Assembly: GCA_030141605.1 (NCBI GenBank) | Contig: JAQGDQ010000006.1 | Coordinates: forward strand, 1,575,067 to 1,639,066 | Source: Tubiluchus corallicola | Lineage: Eukaryota > Animalia > Priapulida | Direction: 5' to 3' | Length of the DNA stretch: 64,000 bases | Shown here: piece after piece, positions 56,391 to 64,000 of the stretch | Layout: every line of letters begins with the position of its first letter | Numbering within the stretch: the first letter of the stretch is position 1 | Program-made: the position numbers and the translations under genes | Notes under the pieces: model-generated | What the model saw: the letters and a program-made list of their open reading frames with translations, nothing else | What the model was told of the DNA's origin: nothing | Databases searched by the model: none

Positions 56391-56959
56391 GTTGATGTTG
56401 TTGTTGTTGGCATTTTTCTGTCTCGGAAGACAATGGAGTGTGCGCTAAGAGAGTCAGTTATTGATCACATTGATGGAGCTGCAGCGTCGACTGTGGCTGA
56501 GCAGTCCGATCCTTGAACCACTGGAGTGGCTTCTCCAGGGCGCACGCCTGGGTAAGGTGTATGGAGATCCTGAGTTGCCCAGACAACAGGAACCCCTCTC
56601 TTCCTCCCTGGTGTAGTGCAGAGAAAGCAGAGCGATACGTTTAGTACTAGGTTGACTGCAGGAGGTGCCGGAGTCAGTGAGCATGCTGCATTGGTCCGCC
56701 TTCGGGGCTCCACTCCTGATTTGGAAGGTTTACTCCTCTACACATGGCCGTTGGGTCTCTTGACCTCCTCCGCCCTCTAACCGTTGGCTGCTTGTGCAGC
56801 TCCTCCGCCTAGTGTCGAGATACAGTGTGCGCATCCCGCAAGCCTACAGCACCTGATATTCCTAGGCGGTCACCTATCCAAGTACTAACCAGGCTCTACG
56901 TTGTTTAACTTCGGTGATCAGACGAGAACCGGTGTTTTCAACGTGATTTCGCCGTAGTC
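56391..56959 (-). mobile_element. 5S rRNA-derived SINE (SINE3-type) with RTE-like body and (CAA)n tail
   Basis: Full-length 5S-like head (56959-56842) with no TTTT Pol III terminator. It continues into a GC-rich body of about 430 nt and ends ...ACTCCATTGTCTTCCGAGACAGAAAAATGCC(AAC)n. Similar flanks AGAGACCTCTCT (left) and AGAGATCTCTCT (right). Confidence 0.8.
56842..56959 (-). pseudogene. 5S rRNA-like sequence (SINE head, not a canonical 5S gene)
   Basis: Minus strand reads GACTACGGCGAAATCACGTTGAAAACACCGGTTCTCGTCTGATCACCGAAGTTAAACAACGTAGAGCCTGGTTAGTACTTGGATAGGTGACCGCCTAGGAATATCAGGTGCTGTAGGC (118 nt). It matches metazoan 5S rRNA, including the box A/IE/box C region, with several substitutions. 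Confidence 0.88.
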
Positions 56960-58830
56960 ACAGAGACATATAGAGATCTCTCTATTTCCGTAGCAAAACG
57001 TTTGTTTCTGCGGCAAAACTGTGTGCTAGCCATCTATCGTAAATGTCGAATGAAAATAAAATATTTTTTATGATTTGTTTCTGTTTTTAAAATTTTCTTC
57101 ATTTTTCAAACTTTTATAGTCATTTAAAGACTTTACAAGCAAGATTCGATACATTCGAAACGCAGCGTTCAATTTTGTAAAGGTTAATTGGGCCCTGTAA
57201 AGCTATTTGACTTGCAGTGTGTCCACCTCCAGGGAAATTCCTCAGATTGAGATGACATTGACTGAACTAGTCCTATTCGAAATACAGCTACAGGCTGGCC
57301 TGTGATTAGATATGGACACAGGCTATTGTTTCATAGAAATGGCTTCTATTTCGCTCTAAGACGAGTCAATAATTTGAAATGAAAAGGCGAGTTTTGCGCC
57401 CTAAAGCACAAGTGGGCTTTCAAATTTTATCTCTGCATCCACTCACCGCCCCCTTGTAATTTCAGTAACTCCCTCTTGAGTGAGGCGGGATGTCATTTGG
57501 ATGAGTAATCCTTGACATTCTTACATGAAGTTGCCTCAATTAAATCACCCGTATGTGGAAACTGTACACAAATCCAAGACATATACATACTGCCTACTAA
57601 AATTAAACGGCTACCTGTATGTAATTAAGTGATCGTCTGCAATTAATTTGTCCACGTTTAATTGCTGACAATCAAGTAATACTCTTACGCTCACGTGTAA
57701 AGGGTTCACCAAATAATAGGCGACCTCGTACCGGAAAAGACCGTAATAGATTAAAGCCGACAAAACCATGAAAAGAATCACTTAATTCTGAATAAAGAAC
57801 GTGCACTTGTTTTAATAACCTATATTGTCGCCATTCGTAGCTCTGGTGGCGACTAATCGACGTCGGGTACACAGTCACCGGAATTTCTCAATGAGACTGC
57901 TGTTATGACTCATTTCCTCAGCAACTTTGTTGAATTTGTTATTTCTGAGGATAAAAAGTAGGATAAAATTTAGAAAATAGATTACAATATTAGAAAAAAC
58001 ACCGAAACATTTATATTATATCTACTTCTAGTTCTAGTAACTTCTGTGCCTAGTGCGTTCAACGTTTCTTGCCCATACCAGTACTTTCAACAATTTAATT
58101 CAATTCTTCTTTGTTTCTGTAAAAGAAATTGCACACAGAGACCCATAGAGAAATTACTGTGGTAAGACTACAGAAACCCACAAGTTGTTCATATATTTAA
58201 GACGTCAGCAAAAATTCAGCCACTGTATGCAGTGATATCTCTCTCACTTAATTTTAACGATGGTGAATACAGGTAATTTCATTACAATTTCTATACAAAC
58301 TAAAAACTGTGAAAGTAAAGAAAACCGGGAAACTGTCATTTGCTCGCAGGACACGTGTCTAATGCGAGTAACGAAATGTGAAGCATTGTTAGTGATGCTT
58401 AGTTAGGCTCATTCAGCTTGACAACAGGAGTTGCGTTGTTTCGTGAGCAAATAAATCCAATTTAGAGGCACTAGAAAGGTCGTTGAAGTCAATCGTCCAT
58501 CGTGTTTCATGACCATTGTCAGGCTGCCTACTTTAATGCCGTTTTCATTTCATGTCAATCTTTAATGTCGTAGAAATTTTTACGGCATCTCAAAAAAAAA
58601 CTTGAGAACATTTTACTAACATCTTAAGAAACTGAAGAGTTTCTATTAACTCATCGTAAATGATTTTCGTAACTCATCATAAATAAATAAAATTGCAAGG
58701 ATGTTTACTGGAGAAAGTGATTCGTTTTTGCACCTTCACGGGTCGTACAAATGTGCAAAAATTAAGTAGCTATTTAACCATAAATATTTGTGATCAATTT
58801 AATTAAGAAAAAAAAACAAGCGAAAACTAG

Positions 58831-59442
58831 TTAAAGGAAAACAGGATGATTTTTCACATGCCGCCCTATATTTATAAGTATACAGCAAAAAGTATACCGC
58901 ATACATTTTAGCATCTATAATAATGCTAAAGTGTTTGTGATAATAAAATAATAGTTTAAAAACTTAACTGACGGCTGGAGATACCAGCAAGCGATGACGT
59001 CAGAACTGAACACAGTTTTGTAACAGCCAAACATTCAACGAGCTTGATGCAAGTGTTTGCAAAAAACAGAAATGGAAGTATAATGCTACTGTACAACATT
59101 GACTGTGGTACACAAAAAACTTGTCGAATTTATGTTTAAAACTTTAAAACTTAAAACCGCCGTGTTGTCATGCTATTTCACCAAAAAAAGGTAATACGTC
59201 AGAACTGAACAGAGACGTACAGTGCTTGTTTTTTATGCAATGTGTTTTCGAGATGCAGATACTATGTCTATTTAACTACTGTAGCTAATGGCGCATGAAC
59301 ACCGAGCGCACGCAAAATTAAACTTTGGTGGTAATAATTCTTTTACGTAAGTCACATAAAAAAACAATTATGTGCACTTTTAATATTTTACACATTAGAT
59401 TACTTTTAGCTATAGCTTAAGATTGGGTCCTGTCCCCTTTAA
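58831..59442 (+). mobile_element. Family B copy, complete
   Basis: Inverted termini TTAA|AGGAAAACAGGAT ... GTCCTGTCCCCT|TTAA. Confidence 0.75.
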
Positions 59443-59904
59443 GGAAAGAGTTGACAATTCTTTTTTTGTCTCGCTTTAGTGCACTTAGAAACGAAACTAC
59501 TCATTCATGCATTAATTTTAATTTTAACCAAATCTAGGCAGAATATTTTTAAGAATAACATACCGCATTGATAAGATATTATTTGTTCTTGTTGCCATCT
59601 TTGTCGTGGTCGCGGTTGCGACTGCTGCTGCTATTGTTGTTATGTGTTGTTATTTCAAGTAAGCATTCTAGAGAATTCTCTGCCTTGGGACCAGTATGTG
59701 ATCTCGCACATTATGTTAATTATGTAGAAATATCTGTAATCACGAACACGAAGCTAATTAATTACCATGCTGTATGTACCCAATAGAGCTATATTTATTC
59801 TGCATCCTATGTCCATGTATTTTTCAAACAAATTACTGCTTCATGAAATCTTATCATGGATAGTCCTTAAAATCCCTGCGTAAGTTTCTAAAAATCGATC
59901 AGAA

Positions 59905-60055
59905 GATAAGACAGGACAGGACAGGACAGGACAGGATTGGACAGGACATGGCGGGACAGGACAGGACAGGACAGGACAGGACAGGACAGGACAGGACAGG
60001 ACAGGGCAGGGCAGGGCAGGGCAGGGCAGGGCAGGGCAATACAAGATAAGATAAG
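59905..60055. repeat. (GGACA/GGGCA)n pentamer tract
   Basis: Direct reading. Confidence 0.93.
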
Positions 60056-60235
60056 ATCTTTATTTAAATTCGAGCTTATCTTCTGATCGAAGAGAACTAA
60101 ATACATCAAAAACAATGGTGATTATGGTCAGACTGCTCACTCGTGAGAGTACTGTTATTTGGTGTTTCCGTGTGGTTGCACAACAATTTTCTTACTAAAA
60201 TTTTGAAACGTATGTATAGTAGCGTCAGCTTATAG

Positions 60236-60678
60236 TAGGGGGTGAGCATTCTCTATCAGAAAGCAAAGAAGGAGTTTACAATTCCCCACGAAATTTTAAG
60301 TACTGTAACCCTAGACCTAACATTGTGTGTGGGGAATTGTAAACTTTAGCCCAAGTGCGAATTCGAATCGAATCAAATTTTTGACTTTCGAAATCGCTCA
60401 AACCGAGTTTCAAAATTTCAAATCCAAATCGAACTCGAAAAAATAGTCTCGCAAAGATCACGCATATTGCTTAATTTTGTACCAAAGCAAAAAAATACTA
60501 ACAATTTGGGTAAAAATCGTGCACTGAAATAGCAGCTAAATAATGGAGTTTGCATAACGTTTGAAACGGTTTAATCTTAAGGAACTTTTGTAGTAAAGTG
60601 CTGAATTACTCAAATCCAAAATTTTAAGTTCGAATAGAATTTGAATTAAAAAACTCGTTCGAACTGAATTCACCCCAA
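60236..60678. mobile_element. hAT-like MITE
   Basis: Termini TAGGGGGTG ... CACCCCAA, 8-bp TSD GCTTATAG / GCTTACAG, internal TTCGAA/TCGAAT repeats. Confidence 0.65.
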
Positions 60679-61279
60679 GCTTACAGCGGAAAGCACAGAG
60701 TGCTGATTACTGTACGACTGGAATTCAGGTTCACATTTACATTTCGTTGTAATAACTATCACATCTGCAACATTTATATTCACTGGCGAACTCTACACGA
60801 TCACCTCTATTCATCATGTTGGTAAACTCTTTACCAATAAGTGGTTTCAGTCAATCGCTCATTAAAACAATTCACATTCAGAATACACACCGTCTCCATT
60901 GATTGAGCCACACGAATGCTTTTTCTAGTCACAAATTTGTAACCAAATTTGCCTTGCGAAGAACTGTGGAATGAAAGATGATTCGTTTTGGAAATTTTGT
61001 CCATAAATGAAATACACGGAAACGGAAGTATGACCGTGTATTTTCACCGTCATTGTTATTCTACGGCGATGGCACACTAGGTGACAGCGTCCGACACCGG
61101 ACATCAAGTTTTGGATTAAACGGAAGTGCCAATCGTCCCCCATTATAGATGACTTGATGGATAAGGCAACCCAGTAAATGACTGACTGACAAACTGACTG
61201 ACTTCTTTAGCTAGGAACTACATGTGTTGCTGAGGGCTGTTCATTCTTTATTTGGTCGACTGCGTAGTTAACAACTGAA

Positions 61280-61438
61280 TGACGGACTGGTTGACTGGCT
61301 GAGTGAGTGAGTGAGTGACTGACTGACTGACTGACTGACTGACTAACTGATTAACTGGCTAGCTAGCTGCTGACTGATTGACTAGCTGACTGACTGACTG
61401 ACCGACTAACCGACCGACCGACCGACCGACAGACTGAC
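61280..61438. repeat. (CTGA/CCGA)n tetramer tract
   Basis: Direct reading. Confidence 0.88.
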
Positions 61439-61939
61439 GCGTGAAAAGAAACAAGAATTTATTCTAGCTTATAGAATGTTTATCATCAAGAATGTTCGAT
61501 TTCTTCATTGACAGATATCTTCTTATTTTGCTTAGGAATTTTCTGACTCTGCCAGTCTTTTTATTATCTAAAACGAATTACATTACTTTTTGCGCGATCC
61601 AATTTGCACTGAACTACTTTGCTAAAATATTTACGATATAGAAATATTTTAATCGCAATATAAACTGGAGAGGGAGAATATTTAAACGGTAGAGGACAAT
61701 ATCTTGACTGAGACAAACGTAAACGGCACGCGTCAAAACTTGTTACAAATTTGCAAGCATTAGATGACAAAATTGACAAACTGAAATTTATCTGTTATAT
61801 AACCAGTAGCTACAAGGGTGTCCTTGAAAATGGAAAAACAACAAGTTATACATGGAAGAATTCAATGCTTCAATGTAATTGGTTTGTGCCAGACGGTTTA
61901 GTTAGTAGTAAGGCGTAATGGTGTAATGGGGTAATAATA

Positions 61940-62170
<231 letters not shown>

Positions 62171-62359
62171 TATATTACTATAATTTCATGCGTTGCAGGT
62201 AGAAATTACATTAAAAACATTTTGAACGATCGCTTTTTATTTGTTTCTTCAAAATCTCGACTTTCATACTAAGTCTTCACAGGTGACAAACAAATTAGCT
62301 CAATGCAAGAGACGTTGTTTTTCTTATATTAGTTTCTAGCAAATGTCTTAGCACAGAAA

Positions 62360-62760
62360 GTTCTTCGCTGGTACATGCATTTCGCCATTTGCTAGTTAGA
62401 TGGACGGAAGCCAATAGCGTCTGCATCTGTGAACACGTTGCAGAAAAAATACAGGCGCCGTATCTCCCGTTTTTAAATTTATAATTTCCCGAGTTTTTTG
62501 TGTATTACACCGAATGTTGCACTGTACTTCAAGTTTCGCTTTTGCAAACATGTGCAACACGCTCATGGAATGTTTGTGCTGTTGAAAATTATGTTCAATC
62601 ATGAAATCATCACTAGCTGGGCTTGCCAGTCGTTAATTAACTTTTTAACCTATTATTTAATTGCCAGAAATACTTTTGCGTAATTATAGGTGCTAAAGCA
62701 TATATTTACTGCACTTCAAAAAGTGAGGTAGACTGCGAAAAATAATCCTGTTTTCCTTGA
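62360..62760 (-). mobile_element. Family B copy, inverted, partial
   Basis: ATCCTGTTTTCCTTGA and TTCGCCATTTGCTAGTT are reverse complements of family B motifs. Confidence 0.65.
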
Positions 62761-63256
62761 CAGAGCGCATTTATTAATTGATTGCAACTTGCAAGCTTTA
62801 CTTAGCCCTGTCCTGAAAGCTTCAAATAAACATTTCTTCTCTCATTCAAGCTGATTTCTGTCAATAGCACTACGAATTACATCCTACTGGATTCAATTTA
62901 GCAAAGTTTAATGCCATCTGTTTCTACTTCGCACTGTAATTATGCTGTAAACAGGATTTACTATTGGATTTTACAGTGGACTGTAATGCCTCCTCTAACC
63001 ATTCCAAACCGAGCATGTTGATTCACGTGCACATGTACCCCTCCTTCACAAATCCTACTATACATAAAAATTCGTTGGATTTGTGTTTTCGTTTGGTAAG
63101 ATTAGAAAAGTTAAAGGGAAAAATTTGAAACCGTTTTTAGCAAAATTTCTTCATTGTACTGATAAAAATATTCTAGTGGCTTCTTACTAAAACATAAGAC
63201 CTGGAGCAAGAGATTTATTACAAACAGGAAAAAAATAGCCACTCAAATGCCATTTA

Positions 63257-63357
63257 TAGGTAGGTAGGTAGGCAGGCAGGCAGGCAGGTAGGTAGGTAGC
63301 TAGGTGGGAGATAGGCAGGCAGGCAGGCAGGTAGGTAGGCAGGTAGGTAGGTAGGCA
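63257..63357. repeat. (GGTA/GGCA)n tetramer tract
   Basis: Direct reading. Confidence 0.9.
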
Positions 63358-63409
63358 TATTCTGCGTAAAAAGACTTTTTTACATGAAGTTTTTGCTTCA
63401 CCTTTTGTT

Positions 63410-63562
63410 GATCATTTATTGCTGCTTCACCGACCACTTTATTTCTGCTTCCTCGGGCATTTTACTACTCCCTCATGGGCCACTTTTTTACTGCTTCATG
63501 GACCATTTTATTGCTGCCTCATGGACCACTTTATTGCTGCATCAAGGACCACTTTGTTTCTG
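63410..63562. repeat. Degenerate ~23-24-bp tandem repeat
   Basis: Unit approximately CTGCTTCATGGACCACTTTATTG, about 6 copies. Confidence 0.75.
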
Positions 63563-64000
63563 CGTCATAGTGTCTTTGCCTAACCACGTGTCGGCTGAAA
63601 TTCGTTTGTTCTTGTCCTGACTGACCGCTCAATGTTTACTTTACTCCCACAGTAACTTTTAGTACCCAAATCAAATGTCAAATTCACGAACTGGAACAAT
63701 TATCTCGATGGGCTTCTTAAAAAAACAATTTCTATAACAGCTAGGACAGGGATCAATTGAGAAGTTAATGTGTGCTTAGCGACCGAAATTAAATAACGCC
63801 GAGCCAGGGCAGGAAATGGAGGAGCGACCGCCAAAACTTTTTCTTTTACGTTTTATCTGCCATGCTACTCGTTGAGTGACAATATATATCTAGCCGAAGT
63901 TCCGAATTTGTGTAAGACACTACCATCTGAAAGTCCAGCGAGGATTGTCCGCACTAAAGAGATGTCCCCAACAATCGACATAATAGGTGAGTTCTGCAGT

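Noticed and set aside
56842-56959. Functional 5S rRNA gene
   Set aside because: Single copy, substitutions relative to the metazoan consensus, no TTTT terminator, and it runs straight into a SINE-like body and tail.

Overview
AT-rich, intron-rich animal DNA, probably a protostome invertebrate, and full of microsatellites, non-autonomous DNA transposons and LINE/SINE relics. The only host gene I can support is a minus-strand class A neuropeptide GPCR of the SIFamide/NPFF-receptor type, and its layout is unusual. One coding exon (38114-37844; N-terminus plus TM1-TM2) is followed about 25 kb later by two tandem, intact but strongly diverged copies of the rest of the receptor. Cassette A is exons 12520-12421 and 12126-11391; cassette B is exons 7549-7450 and 6355-5656. 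Cassette B has no TM1-TM2 exon of its own in the window. All splice phases fit one shared first coding exon being spliced to alternative TM3-TM7/C-terminal modules (368 aa and 356 aa, plus a possible 2A-3B chimera); this is inferred from sequence only. A full-length 5S-rRNA-headed SINE with an apparent RTE-derived body and tail lies at about 56391-56959. Transposon family names are from terminal, target-site and motif patterns, not database searches.
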